Below, in pieces: positions 41,622-50,744 of a stretch of 64,000 nt of DNA. Under the pieces are notes generated by a model that saw only the letters and a program-made list of their open reading frames with translations, was not told the DNA's origin and ran no database searches. Within the stretch, counting starts at the first letter, position 1; each line of letters begins with the position of its first letter. Source of the stretch: an uncultured Candidatus Actinomarina sp. (lineage in GTDB: Bacteria > Actinomycetota > Acidimicrobiia > Actinomarinales > Actinomarinaceae); assembly GCA_902615855.1 (NCBI GenBank), contig CACMQN010000004.1, positions 61,672 through 125,671 of the forward strand, written 5' to 3'. A program made the position numbers and the translations under genes.

Positions 41622-41628
41622 AAGCTTG

Positions 41629-41714
41629 CGGAGGGAGTGGGATTCGAACCCACGGTATGGAATACATACATTAGTTTTCAAGACTAACGCCTTCGTCCGC
41701 TCGGCCATCCCTCC
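41629..41714 (-). tRNA. tRNA-Ser (anticodon TGA)
   Basis: Acceptor GGAGGGA/TCCCTCC, anticodon loop CUUGAAA, long variable arm. Confidence 0.85.
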
Positions 41715-41731
41715 AAACTAAAATCTTTTTG

Positions 41732-41820
41732 CGGAGGGAGAGGGATTCGAACCCTCGAAGGGGATAAACCCTTACACGCTTTCCAAGCGTGCGCACTAGG
41801 CCAGACTATGCGATCCCTCC
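41732..41820 (-). tRNA. tRNA-Ser (anticodon GGA)
   Basis: Acceptor GGAGGGA/TCCCTCC, anticodon loop UUGGAAA, long variable arm. Confidence 0.85.
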
Positions 41821-41847
41821 ATGAAAAGACCTAAAGTATTAGTTTAA

Positions 41848-42306
41848 TTACCTCTTACTTTCAAAGAAAGAGGATAATATAACTTCAGATTCATGGGATA
41901 AAATATTATCTCTTATCTCAACAAAGTGATTTAGTCTTTTATCCTGTGGGATATTGTAAAGTGTGTATGCTGCACCCGATTTTAGATTTGGTGAGCTGTA
42001 TAAAAGAGTTTTGATTCTTGCGTTGACTATTGCTCCTGCACACATGGGATCAGGCTCTAATGTAATGGCAAGAGTGGTGTTTTCTAATCTCCAAGTTTTC
42101 AAGATCTGAGAGGCTTCTTTAATCACCAAAATCTCAGCATGTGCTGTTGGATCTTGATCAATTTCACGCCTGTTGTGTGCCTTTGTAATTAATTTATCAT
42201 CATTATCAAAAAGTGCAGCTCCGATTGGTACTTCATCTATCTCTAGTGCTTTCTTTGCCTCTGCTAAAGCTACTTGCATTTTTTCTATATCAGATTTATA
42301 TTTCAT
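41848..42306 (-). CDS. tadA: tRNA-specific adenosine deaminase (TadA-like CDA-fold deaminase), with Asp replacing the first Cys of the PCxxC zinc motif
   Basis: HAE zinc/catalytic motif (TAHAEILVI) and LEPDPMCAGA where TadA normally has LEPCxMCAGA. The minus strand reads gat ccc atg tgt. Its substrate tRNA-Arg(ACG) lies 320 nt away. Confidence 0.75.
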   Translation of the reverse strand: MKYKSDIEKMQVALAEAKKALEIDEVPIGAALFDNDDKLITKAHNRREIDQDPTAHAEILVIKEASQILKTWRLENTTLAITLEPDPMCAGAIVNARIKTLLYSSPNLKSGAAYTLYNIPQDKRLNHFVEIRDNILSHESEVILSSFFESKR

Positions 42307-42323
42307 ATCCCTAAACTTATTCT

Positions 42324-42412
42324 AGGAGGGATCGCATAGTCCGGTCTAGTGCGCGACACTCGAAATGTCGTGAGTCTTTATAGGCTCCGTGGGTTCGAAT
42401 CCCACTCCCTCC
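42324..42412 (+). tRNA. tRNA-Ser (anticodon CGA)
   Basis: Acceptor GGAGGGA/TCCCTCC, anticodon loop CUCGAAA, long variable arm, GGTTCGAATCC T-loop. Confidence 0.85.
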
Positions 42413-42456
42413 GCTTTAAACTTCAGTTTCTAAAACTCTAGTATTAATATTGAAAA

Positions 42457-43005
42457 GTGCTTGAGTTTTTTATCTTCGCTTCAGTAACTGCCATAACACC
42501 AGGCCCCAACAACTCAATGCTTATGGCATCTGGTATAAAATTTGGTAGACGACCGTCGATTCCCCATTTCTTAGGAATTTGGCTTGGCTTTACATTTTTA
42601 TTTTTTGTAGGGGGTTACATTCTTTCATTTGTTCCTAGTGAGGTATTTACTTACCTTCAATATATTGGCTATGGAGTAATTGTTTATATCGCATACAAAA
42701 TTGCCACAACCAAAACATCAACTGATAAAAGTAAAATAGAAAAACCATTTACATTTATACAGGCTTGTTTATTTCAATGGGTAAATCCAAAAGGTGTTGT
42801 AATGGCAATTTCTGGATTAACAGCTTTTAATATAACCCACTTACAAGGGACACTAATATACTTTTCAGTTCTTCCATTTTGCGTTGGAATTTGGTTACTT
42901 TTAGGGGAAAAGTTACAAAATTGGCTGAGAAAAAATTCTACTCTTGAGAGAACTGTTTATATATTCTTAGGTCTAAGTATGATAGGAAGCTTACTTTTAG
43001 CTTAA
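42457..43005 (+). CDS. LysE/RhtB-family amino-acid exporter
   Basis: 182 aa, 6 TM helices. N-terminal signature ITPGPNN..M.ASG is characteristic of the LysE/RhtB superfamily. Confidence 0.75.
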   Translation: MLEFFIFASVTAITPGPNNSMLMASGIKFGRRPSIPHFLGIWLGFTFLFFVGGYILSFVPSEVFTYLQYIGYGVIVYIAYKIATTKTSTDKSKIEKPFTFIQACLFQWVNPKGVVMAISGLTAFNITHLQGTLIYFSVLPFCVGIWLLLGEKLQNWLRKNSTLERTVYIFLGLSMIGSLLLA

Positions 43006-44247
43006 CTTTTCAACCCCTAAAATATTCCCCAAGCTATCAGAAAATTCTACTCCTCCATCTTTGGTTTGATTATTTTCAAGTAAAGCTATCAATATTCTTC
43101 CTACTGCAATAGCTGTACCGTTTAGTGTATGGAGTAAAGCTGTATCTTTTTCAACTTTTGTGCGAATATTTAACCTTCTGGCCTGAAAATCCGTTGTATT
43201 TGAACAAGATGTTACTTCTCTATATGTATTCTGACTTGGTATCCATGCTTCGATATCAAATTTTTTAGCAGCAGACGAACCTAGATCACCGGTGCAAACA
43301 TCAACGACTCTGTAAGGAATTTCTAGCTCTTGTAAAATCTCTTCTTCAACTGAGAGAATAAATTCATGCTCTTCTTCTGATTTTTCAGGACTACAAAAAG
43401 AAAACATTTCTACTTTATCAAATTGATGCACTCTAAATATTCCTGTTGTGTCTTTCCCATAAGTCCCAGCTTCTCTTCTGAAACAGGTTGAATATCCTGC
43501 ATACCTAATAGGTAATTTCTCAAAATCAAGAATTTCATCACCGTGTAGAGCAGCTAATGATACTTCTGACGTACCAACTAGAAATAAGTCATCATTGGGA
43601 ATCTCATATACTTGATCTGAATCATCAGGAAAAAATCCAGTTCCAAAAAGAGCATTTTCTCTAACCAAAACTGGTGGAATTGTTGGATTGAATCCTTTTT
43701 CAGACAATTTATTCATCGCATAAGAAACTATATTAAATTGCATTTTCACCAAATCTCCAAATAAGTATGAAAATCTAGAACCTGAGACACTTGAGGCTTT
43801 TTCTACATCAATTAAACCTAATTTTTCTCCAATATTTAAATGCGATAGTGGATTTTCTATATCTTTAGGCTTTCCCACTTGCTTAAGTTCTTTATTGTCT
43901 GCATCTGTTTTTCCAACAGGAGATGATGGGTTGACAATATTTGGAATTTTAATCCACTCTTTTAGAAAATCTTCTTCTTTTTTCTGTGTTTCTTCTGTTA
44001 GCTTTTTTACCTTTTGACTAAGTTTTTCAGCCTTTTGTAGTAATTTATCCTTTTCATCCCCGTCTGATGAGGCAATCTCTTTTCCTAATTTTTTTTGGTC
44101 AGATCTGAGTTTTTCGGACTCAAATTTTGACTCTCTTCGTTCTTCATCAAGTTTTTTTAAATTTCGTAAATCAATTTTTAAGTCTCTTTTTTTAAGATTT
44201 GTTTCAATAATTTCAAGATCAGTTTTTATTAGTTGTGGATCTATCAT
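42997..44247 (-). CDS. serS: Seryl-tRNA synthetase
   Basis: N-terminal coiled-coil arm and class II core motifs (FRREAGTYGKDTTGIFRVHQF, GTAIAVGRILIALLEN). Confidence 0.93.
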   Translation of the reverse strand: MIDPQLIKTDLEIIETNLKKRDLKIDLRNLKKLDEERRESKFESEKLRSDQKKLGKEIASSDGDEKDKLLQKAEKLSQKVKKLTEETQKKEEDFLKEWIKIPNIVNPSSPVGKTDADNKELKQVGKPKDIENPLSHLNIGEKLGLIDVEKASSVSGSRFSYLFGDLVKMQFNIVSYAMNKLSEKGFNPTIPPVLVRENALFGTGFFPDDSDQVYEIPNDDLFLVGTSEVSLAALHGDEILDFEKLPIRYAGYSTCFRREAGTYGKDTTGIFRVHQFDKVEMFSFCSPEKSEEEHEFILSVEEEILQELEIPYRVVDVCTGDLGSSAAKKFDIEAWIPSQNTYREVTSCSNTTDFQARRLNIRTKVEKDTALLHTLNGTAIAVGRILIALLENNQTKDGGVEFSDSLGNILGVEKLS

Positions 44248-44250
44248 TCT

Positions 44251-45228
44251 TTAGTCCTCTGGTGGTATGAACGCTTTGACGGAATATATATTATCTTCGA
44301 AATCTTCTTCATTTTCTACTTCTTCGACAAGTATAAACCACTCATGCACAATTCCTTTTTCAATTTTTATAGGATCTAAAAAGTAACTTTTACTTTCATA
44401 AGGACCAATTGTATTAATTTTTGCTCTTTTTTCATAAATTGATTCCCCAGCCTCATCTGTTATTAAAATTAGGATTACGACTTCTGTCTCCTCAATATTG
44501 CCCTGATTTGCAATAACAATCTGAAGAGATATCTCCTGATCTAGCAAAACATTTAAACCATCTTCAGTTGTTGCAATTGATTCCGGAACAAACTCTACTC
44601 CAGCTACTGAGATATCTCTTTTCAAAAAAAGTCCACTCTTGTTTTCAATTGCTCTGTCCACAATCAATTCTGCAAACTGATAAGCATTTGATTCAATACC
44701 TGTGTACTCAATATTGAAAAATTCTGGAAGAAAAATATTTTCATTTTCTGATTTATTGTTAATCTCTGTTAAAAAATTTTTATAAGCTTTATCTCCAACA
44801 GACAAATTTGATATGCTTTCAGCAATACTTTCTTCATAGAGCTGAGAGTATTCTTGGTCAACTAAATTTAATATTGATATCTGAAACATTTCAAGACCTC
44901 TTAACCATGAAACTGTTGCTATTTCGAGTAATTCTTTTTCACTTCCTGAGTAATTGCTATCACTATTCATAAGAATGTTGTTAGCTTCTTGGGCATTTCT
45001 TATTATTTCTATAAATGTTGTTTCAAAATTGTCCCGATTGATTTCATCGAAATCAATCAATTTAGAATATTCTTTAGATGATTTATTATGCAAAGTTGAT
45101 ACGATATAAGCTTCTTCTAAAAATGTATTAATTTCAGTGGATTCTGAATAGTTATCATAAAATCTTAAACCAAAAAACCCAAAAATAACGCTTAAGATTA
45201 CTATTAAAAAATACCGTACTATGCTCAT
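44251..45228 (-). CDS. Membrane-anchored hypothetical protein (single N-terminal TM, acidic extracytoplasmic domain)
   Basis: 325 aa with no recognisable motif. It is transcribed divergently from the pstP-pknB pair and immediately downstream of serS. Confidence 0.3.
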   Translation of the reverse strand: MSIVRYFLIVILSVIFGFFGLRFYDNYSESTEINTFLEEAYIVSTLHNKSSKEYSKLIDFDEINRDNFETTFIEIIRNAQEANNILMNSDSNYSGSEKELLEIATVSWLRGLEMFQISILNLVDQEYSQLYEESIAESISNLSVGDKAYKNFLTEINNKSENENIFLPEFFNIEYTGIESNAYQFAELIVDRAIENKSGLFLKRDISVAGVEFVPESIATTEDGLNVLLDQEISLQIVIANQGNIEETEVVILILITDEAGESIYEKRAKINTIGPYESKSYFLDPIKIEKGIVHEWFILVEEVENEEDFEDNIYSVKAFIPPED

Positions 45229-45298
45229 AAATTCTCAATAATAGTTCTTTATACAGTCTAGAAATACAATTACATTTCACAACTAAGATTATTATTGA

Positions 45299-45952
45299 AT
45301 GGAAAATTTTAAAATTGTTTGGTCTTCTCGAAGTGAATGCGGTCCTAGTAGAGAAAAAAATGAAGACTCTATTTATCCAAAACATTCAGGAAGCTCTTTA
45401 CCACCATTCAAGGCAAGTGTCTGTGATGGACTGGGTGGTCATGTAAGTGGTGACGTTGCCAGTAAAATTGCATCCGAAACGTTAAATTTAGAGATTGAAA
45501 ATTTACACGAAATTATTACAACAGCAAATAATAACATTTTAGAATTTCAAAACGATAATCCTGAATCACAAGGAATGGGTACTACAATGACCGTTATTTC
45601 TATTGATAAAAATGCTTTAATGAAAATTGGCCATGTTGGTGACAGTAGATGTTATGTTTTATCTGATAGAAATTTAATTAAAATTACTGAAGATCAAAAT
45701 GTTCCTGGATATCAAAATGTATTGAAGCAAGCACTAGGTTCTAAAGAAAAATTAATTGTTCAAGAAATAGATTTTCAATTGAAAGTTGGAGATGTAATAC
45801 TCCTATGTAGTGACGGGTTATACAATGAAGTTGGAGATGAGTACATTAAAAGAAAAATGCAAGATGGAATAAGTGCAGAGACAATTGTGAGTGAAGTTTT
45901 ATTACTTAATCCTAAAGACAATGTTTCTGCAATAGTTGTTAATTTGATTTAG
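45299..45952 (+). CDS. pstP: PP2C-family Ser/Thr protein phosphatase (soluble, PstP-like catalytic domain only)
   Basis: VCDGLGGHVSGDVAS and the C-terminal LLCSDGL..DN PP2C motifs. 217 aa with no TM or extracellular segment. Confidence 0.85.
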   Translation: MENFKIVWSSRSECGPSREKNEDSIYPKHSGSSLPPFKASVCDGLGGHVSGDVASKIASETLNLEIENLHEIITTANNNILEFQNDNPESQGMGTTMTVISIDKNALMKIGHVGDSRCYVLSDRNLIKITEDQNVPGYQNVLKQALGSKEKLIVQEIDFQLKVGDVILLCSDGLYNEVGDEYIKRKMQDGISAETIVSEVLLLNPKDNVSAIVVNLI

Positions 45953-45954
45953 AT

Positions 45955-47724
45955 ATGGAAATAGGACAAATTATAAAAGAACGTTACGAAATTACCCAGC
46001 TATTGGGTGAAGGGGGAATGTCATACGTTTACAAAGCTATAGATAAACAATTACAAAGAACTGTTGCAATTAAAACTCTTAAACCCATTTATGTTGAACA
46101 AGAAAAATTTGTGGAGCGTTTTAAAAGAGAAGCTCAGACTGCTGCTAATCTTAATCATCCAAATATTGTACAAATCTTTGATTGGGGAATTGGCGATGAA
46201 CCTTTCTTTGTAATGGAATTCATTGAAGGCAATACGCTAACTTCAATAATCTCAAGTAGAAAAACTATAAGTATGAATGATATCTTATTTATTGGAGCCA
46301 AAGTAGCAAGTGGTCTTCAGGCAGCTCACTCTAATGGTTTAGTACACAGAGATATCAAACCTGGAAATATTATGATTACTCCTGAGGGTAAAGTCAAGGT
46401 TACTGATTTTGGGATAGTTACACTCCAAAATGAAGAAAGTGATATTACTAAGACTGGATCGATATTAGGAACTGCAAGTTATATATCTCCTGAGCAGGCC
46501 CAAGGAAAGAAAGTCTCCAAAGAATCTGACTTATATTCATTAGGAACAGTATTGTATGAACTAATTACAGGAAGACCTCCTTTTGATGGAGATACACCTA
46601 TTGCAACAGCAACAAAACATATCACAGAAAAACCAGAAAAATTAAGTACTTATCGGGGCGATATTCCAAAAGGTGTTGAAAATGCTGTACTTAAACTACT
46701 CCATAAATATCCTAAAGATAGATTTAAAAATGCAGAAGATTTAAGGGCAGTACTTTTACAACAAAAAACACAACTTCAAGCTGTCCAAACACAAGAGAAT
46801 CTTGTTGGTCTAACAAGCCCAAAAATAAAATATAGATTTACATTACCAGTATTAGCTATTTCCTTATCAATTGTTATTGGTACTATATGGACACTATCCA
46901 GAATTTTTGAAGGATTACCGGTGGATGGAGGTACACAAATTGTTATCGAGGTCCCAGATCTAACTGGTAGTAGTCAAACAGAAGCACTGAATGACTTGCA
47001 GAACTTAGGATTCAAAGTTGGAATCGAGAATTCTGCACATCCTGAAGTTCCGGCTGGCTCTGTGATTAGAACTCAGCCAATAGCTAACACCACTACAAAT
47101 CCTGATACATTAGTAACAATAATTGTTTCGGTTGGTCCTGAGGCGTATCCAATTCCTTATGTTGTAGATTTAGAGACTGATAGGGCGATTTACGTGATTG
47201 AGGAAAGTGGATTTACAATTGGTCAAAGAATAGAAGTCAATGATGATAACGTACCTATTGGTTTCATTATTTCACAAAACCCTATGGCTGGAAAAAAAAT
47301 GGGACCTGGTTCAAGCATAGATTTAGTCATTTCTTCAGGGCCAAGCTTAATCCAATTAACTGATCTCTCAAGAAAATCTCTTGAAGATGCTGCTCAAATA
47401 CTTGAAACACTAGGTTTGAAATATGAAACAATTGAGGAATTTTCAGAAGATGTTGAAGAAGGTTTGATATCGGGTACATTACCAGAGTCAGGGGAGATAA
47501 TTACACCAGATGATGTGGTTACCTTAGTAGTATCTTTAGGAATAAGAATTCAGGTACCAGAGGTTGAGGGCTTGTCTTATCAAGACGCATTAGACAAATT
47601 AGAAGAATCTGGTCTTGTTGCAACTATAACTGGTGATACTAATGGAGTGGTACGAAAACAATTACCACGAAAGGGTGAATTTCTGGATCCAGAGGGTGTA
47701 GTTGAGTTAACTTTCGATGAATAA
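45955..47724 (+). CDS. pknB: Ser/Thr protein kinase with C-terminal PASTA repeats (PknB)
   Basis: Hanks kinase motifs (GEGGMSYVYKA, VAIK, HRDIKPGN, DFG, SPE), a TM helix, then about 4 PASTA-like repeats. Confidence 0.9.
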   Translation: MEIGQIIKERYEITQLLGEGGMSYVYKAIDKQLQRTVAIKTLKPIYVEQEKFVERFKREAQTAANLNHPNIVQIFDWGIGDEPFFVMEFIEGNTLTSIISSRKTISMNDILFIGAKVASGLQAAHSNGLVHRDIKPGNIMITPEGKVKVTDFGIVTLQNEESDITKTGSILGTASYISPEQAQGKKVSKESDLYSLGTVLYELITGRPPFDGDTPIATATKHITEKPEKLSTYRGDIPKGVENAVLKLLHKYPKDRFKNAEDLRAVLLQQKTQLQAVQTQENLVGLTSPKIKYRFTLPVLAISLSIVIGTIWTLSRIFEGLPVDGGTQIVIEVPDLTGSSQTEALNDLQNLGFKVGIENSAHPEVPAGSVIRTQPIANTTTNPDTLVTIIVSVGPEAYPIPYVVDLETDRAIYVIEESGFTIGQRIEVNDDNVPIGFIISQNPMAGKKMGPGSSIDLVISSGPSLIQLTDLSRKSLEDAAQILETLGLKYETIEEFSEDVEEGLISGTLPESGEIITPDDVVTLVVSLGIRIQVPEVEGLSYQDALDKLEESGLVATITGDTNGVVRKQLPRKGEFLDPEGVVELTFDE

Positions 47725-48544
47725 ACTGATTTTTTTTAAAAAACAGTTACTACTTTGGTCAAAAAACAACACAAGAAGCTACTCTTGGAGAAATTCAAAC
47801 GATCCGTGGAAAATTTTATTAATTGAAGTTATTGCCCAGCAAACACAACTAGATAGGGCAAATGAATATTACGAAAAGTTCATAAAAAGATTTCCTACAC
47901 CTGAAGACATGTCAATTTCTTCAAAAAAAGAAGTTCTTAGACTATGGTCTGGTCTGGGATATAACAATAGAGCAGTAAGGCTTCATGAAGCATCTAAAAT
48001 CTTGGCATACCGATCATTTAACTCAATTTATCCAAACTTTGATATTCTTCCTGGAGTAGGAAAGTATACAAAAGATGCTCTTCTTTCATTTGTTTACAAA
48101 GAGAAAATTATTACACAAGATACAAATATAACCAGAATTTTCAGCAGATTTTTTGGAGTAGCAAATCCTAAAAAATTTATACAAGTCAATCAAGAAAATA
48201 TCTTAAAAAATATAAAATCTAGAAAATTTAATCAAGCACTAATGGATTTTGGATCAAACATTTGTACTTCAAGAAATCCCACGTGTAGTAAGTGTGTCCT
48301 TGAAAAGAATTGTGAAAAGTTTTTTCAAAAAACAAAATATGTTCAATCAACTTTTAAAGGGTCAAATAGAGAAATCAGAGGAAAAGTAATTAAATATCTT
48401 ATAAACAATAAGGAAGTTGATATATCATCGTTAATTAAAGTTTTAAAAATTGAAGAAAAAAAATTAAATTCAATATTAGAAAAACTCGAGAAAGAAGGAA
48501 TGATAACAATTAAGAATAAAAAATTAATTGAAATTAGCTCATAG
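47717..48544 (+). CDS. MutY-family HhH-GPD adenine DNA glycosylase with 4Fe-4S loop, lacking the C-terminal NUDIX-like domain
   Basis: Helix-hairpin-helix/GPD region (LPGVGKYTKDA) and a C-x6-C-x2-C-x5-C cluster (CTSRNPTCSKCVLEKNC). Only 275 aa. Confidence 0.75.
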   Translation: MNKLIFFKKQLLLWSKNNTRSYSWRNSNDPWKILLIEVIAQQTQLDRANEYYEKFIKRFPTPEDMSISSKKEVLRLWSGLGYNNRAVRLHEASKILAYRSFNSIYPNFDILPGVGKYTKDALLSFVYKEKIITQDTNITRIFSRFFGVANPKKFIQVNQENILKNIKSRKFNQALMDFGSNICTSRNPTCSKCVLEKNCEKFFQKTKYVQSTFKGSNREIRGKVIKYLINNKEVDISSLIKVLKIEEKKLNSILEKLEKEGMITIKNKKLIEISS

Positions 48545-48563
48545 GAATACTATTTTTTAAAAT

Positions 48564-48824
48564 ATGCCAGTATCAAAAAAACGCAATACAAAAAGAAATA
48601 GTGGTCCAACTAGATCTAAAAAAATATCTGCACAGATGTCAGATGTAAGTGGTCCATCTCCAAGATGGTTTGTAATAACAATGTCATCACTAATGGTCAT
48701 TGGAGTTTTACTTATAGTGTTAAATTACCTCACTCTTTTGCCTGGTTCAGTATCAAGGTGGTATCTATGGAGTGGGCTAGGTTGTATTGGTATAGGTTTT
48801 CTTATGACAACAAAATATAATTAA
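48564..48824 (+). CDS. crgA: Cell-division membrane protein CrgA
   Basis: 86 aa with a basic N-terminus (MPVSKKRNTKRN) and two TM helices. Sits next to pknB as in Actinobacteria. Confidence 0.7.
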   Translation: MPVSKKRNTKRNSGPTRSKKISAQMSDVSGPSPRWFVITMSSLMVIGVLLIVLNYLTLLPGSVSRWYLWSGLGCIGIGFLMTTKYN

Positions 48825-48880
48825 AGGATCATATTCATCATTGTTTTTTAAATGATCAGTTTAATTGTTGCTTGAAAAAG

Positions 48881-49114
48881 TCAATTTTCTACTGGGGTCA
48901 TTTCTTCTTTACAGTGCTTGGGGGGTTCATTAGCAACAACAGATTGTAATTTTACTGTTAGCTCTGTTCCACATGCTTTACATAAAAATGACTGAGATGT
49001 TTCCAGAACATCTGTGGGATCAATTTCAGGAGGCACACTAGCTAGTGAACCAATAGAATTTTTTAAAAATCGGAATATTACAACACCAATAAAAAAAGCT
49101 ATTAAATATTCCAT
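48881..49114 (-). CDS. Small membrane protein with C-terminal CxxC...HC zinc-ribbon-like motif, hypothetical
   Basis: 77 aa. N-terminal TM helix, then CKACGTELTV...PPKHC. Start is coupled to the upstream 61-aa ORF (ATGA overlap). Confidence 0.35.
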   Translation of the reverse strand: MEYLIAFFIGVVIFRFLKNSIGSLASVPPEIDPTDVLETSQSFLCKACGTELTVKLQSVVANEPPKHCKEEMTPVEN

Positions 49115-49299
49115 TAAATTGTAAAATATCTATAGAGAGAAATTATCACAGCAACAACAATCCATGCAATTGCAACGCCTCTAGGGTTAGTTTTTATATA
49201 GGACTCCCTATATTTTTTTTCTTCAAGAGTATCATCTATTGTCTCTTTAAGTTTTTTTAATTCACTTTCAGATAAATTTTCAAAATCTTTTTTATCCAT
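49114..49299 (-). CDS. Small C-terminally anchored membrane protein, hypothetical
   Basis: 61 aa with a charged N-terminus and a C-terminal TM helix. Confidence 0.3.
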   Translation of the reverse strand: MDKKDFENLSESELKKLKETIDDTLEEKKYRESYIKTNPRGVAIAWIVVAVIISLYRYFTI

Positions 49300-49320
49300 A
49301 ATATTAAGGTTACCCTAATG

Positions 49321-49393
49321 TGGAGATGATGGGACTTGAACCCACGACCCCCTGCTTGCAAAGCAGGTGCTCTTCCAGCTGAGCTACATCCCC
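49321..49393 (-). tRNA. tRNA-Ala (anticodon TGC)
   Basis: Acceptor GGGGATG with G3:U70, anticodon loop UUUGCAA, GGTTCAAGTCC T-loop. Confidence 0.85.
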
Positions 49394-49482
49394 TCGCATC
49401 ATATATTATGCCCTGAATTTGCTCGTAAATGAAAAAATTTTAGAAATATTTCGTATTCATTACTAATGTAGATAGAGCGAAA

Positions 49483-49557
49483 GGGCCTATAGCTCAGCCT
49501 GGTTAGAGCGCATCCCTGATAAGGATGAGGTCGTTAGTTCAAATCTAACTAGGCCCA
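49483..49557 (+). tRNA. tRNA-Ile (anticodon GAT)
   Basis: Acceptor GGGCCTA/TAGGCCC, anticodon loop CUGAUAA, GGTTCAAATC T-loop. Confidence 0.85.
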
Positions 49558-49654
49558 CAATTGTCATAAGGGTTTTTCAAAAACTACTGATGCATAATGC
49601 AAGTTTTAGTTGGAATCCCCTCTTTTCCCCCACCTTTTTAAATAAAATATAAAT

Positions 49655-50458
49655 ATGAGAAAAATATCTTTATTTTTTGTTTTAACCCTACTTTTTACTT
49701 CTTGCAATAATGAAAATAATGAACCTCCACTTTTAATGAATCTCTTAATCGAAAACTGGGGGCCTTATGATTCATCTACAGGAGTGTCTGGTGATTTTGA
49801 GTTTAGATCTGATATAAAAGCAATATTTTTTAACGAATATGGGAGACTCTATGCAGTAGGTACACCTGATGAATCTGCAAATCCAACATTTGAATATAAA
49901 GTACCTAGGGATACCTTTGTTTATATCCCAATTGATGGTGTTGTTAGTCACATAAATTGGCAACCAACATCAGGATACAAACAGGATGATTGGGAAATTT
50001 TTATAAAACCATCTATGCAAAGTGACTGGATGATCATAATTGACCATGTTGTAAGTATCAATTGTGATAGATCTAGTACCAAAGTTTGCGACCTACCTTT
50101 AACAATAAATGGGGTAGAAATAACAACCGGTACGGAAGTTAAAGCAGGAGATCTTTTTGGTTATGTCGGTAATAGCGAAGATAACTCAGGTGGAAATGTA
50201 TTTGGAAGAACAGAAATATCTGTTGGTAAATATATCAAAGATGGAAATCAAGTAGTAGGTACTATTAGCTATTGTCCTATGAGATATTTAGATCCGTCAG
50301 TAAAGCAAAACCTGGAATTATCAATTAATAACATAATGGCTTCTTACGAAACATGGCTTGGAGATTCTAGTTTTTATGATGAAGCAAATATGGTTGCTCC
50401 TGGATGTGTATATAGTCAAATTACTGAAAGTAATGGAAAAACAACTCCAGCAAAATAA
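49655..50458 (+). CDS. Lipoprotein, hypothetical (possible degenerate peptidase-M23-like C-terminal region)
   Basis: Lipobox LFTSCNN. GDLFGYVGNS resembles the M23 glycine-rich motif, but the His ligands are not evident. Confidence 0.35.
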   Translation: MRKISLFFVLTLLFTSCNNENNEPPLLMNLLIENWGPYDSSTGVSGDFEFRSDIKAIFFNEYGRLYAVGTPDESANPTFEYKVPRDTFVYIPIDGVVSHINWQPTSGYKQDDWEIFIKPSMQSDWMIIIDHVVSINCDRSSTKVCDLPLTINGVEITTGTEVKAGDLFGYVGNSEDNSGGNVFGRTEISVGKYIKDGNQVVGTISYCPMRYLDPSVKQNLELSINNIMASYETWLGDSSFYDEANMVAPGCVYSQITESNGKTTPAK

Positions 50459-50477
50459 ATAACCATATTGGCACTAA

Positions 50478-50744
50478 TCACATTTCTTTTTGCAAAAGCT
50501 TTTTCTTTTGAGATGCACCGCCAGGTCCACTATATCCACCTATTTTGCCATCAGATCTTACAACTCTATGACAAGGAATAATTAAAGGGTAAGGGTTTCT
50601 TCCACAAGCATTTGCGACTGCTCTCGCACTATTAGGATGTCCAATATTTTTAGCAATTTCTTTATAGGTTTTTGTATTACCTTTAGGAATTTTAATTATT
50701 TCTTTCCAGACCTTGATTTGAAATGGAGTACCAATAAGTTTCAT
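50478..50744 (-). CDS. Methylated-DNA-protein-cysteine methyltransferase catalytic domain protein (MGMT/Ogt family, stand-alone)
   Basis: 88 aa with an intact IPCHRVV active-site motif and HTH. It has no N-terminal domain. Confidence 0.8.
   Translation of the reverse strand: MKLIGTPFQIKVWKEIIKIPKGNTKTYKEIAKNIGHPNSARAVANACGRNPYPLIIPCHRVVRSDGKIGGYSGPGGASQKKKLLQKEM

Noticed and set aside
44248-44330. Looked for a T-box leader upstream of serS.
   Set aside because: serS starts 3 nt after the upstream gene's stop, so there is no leader region.
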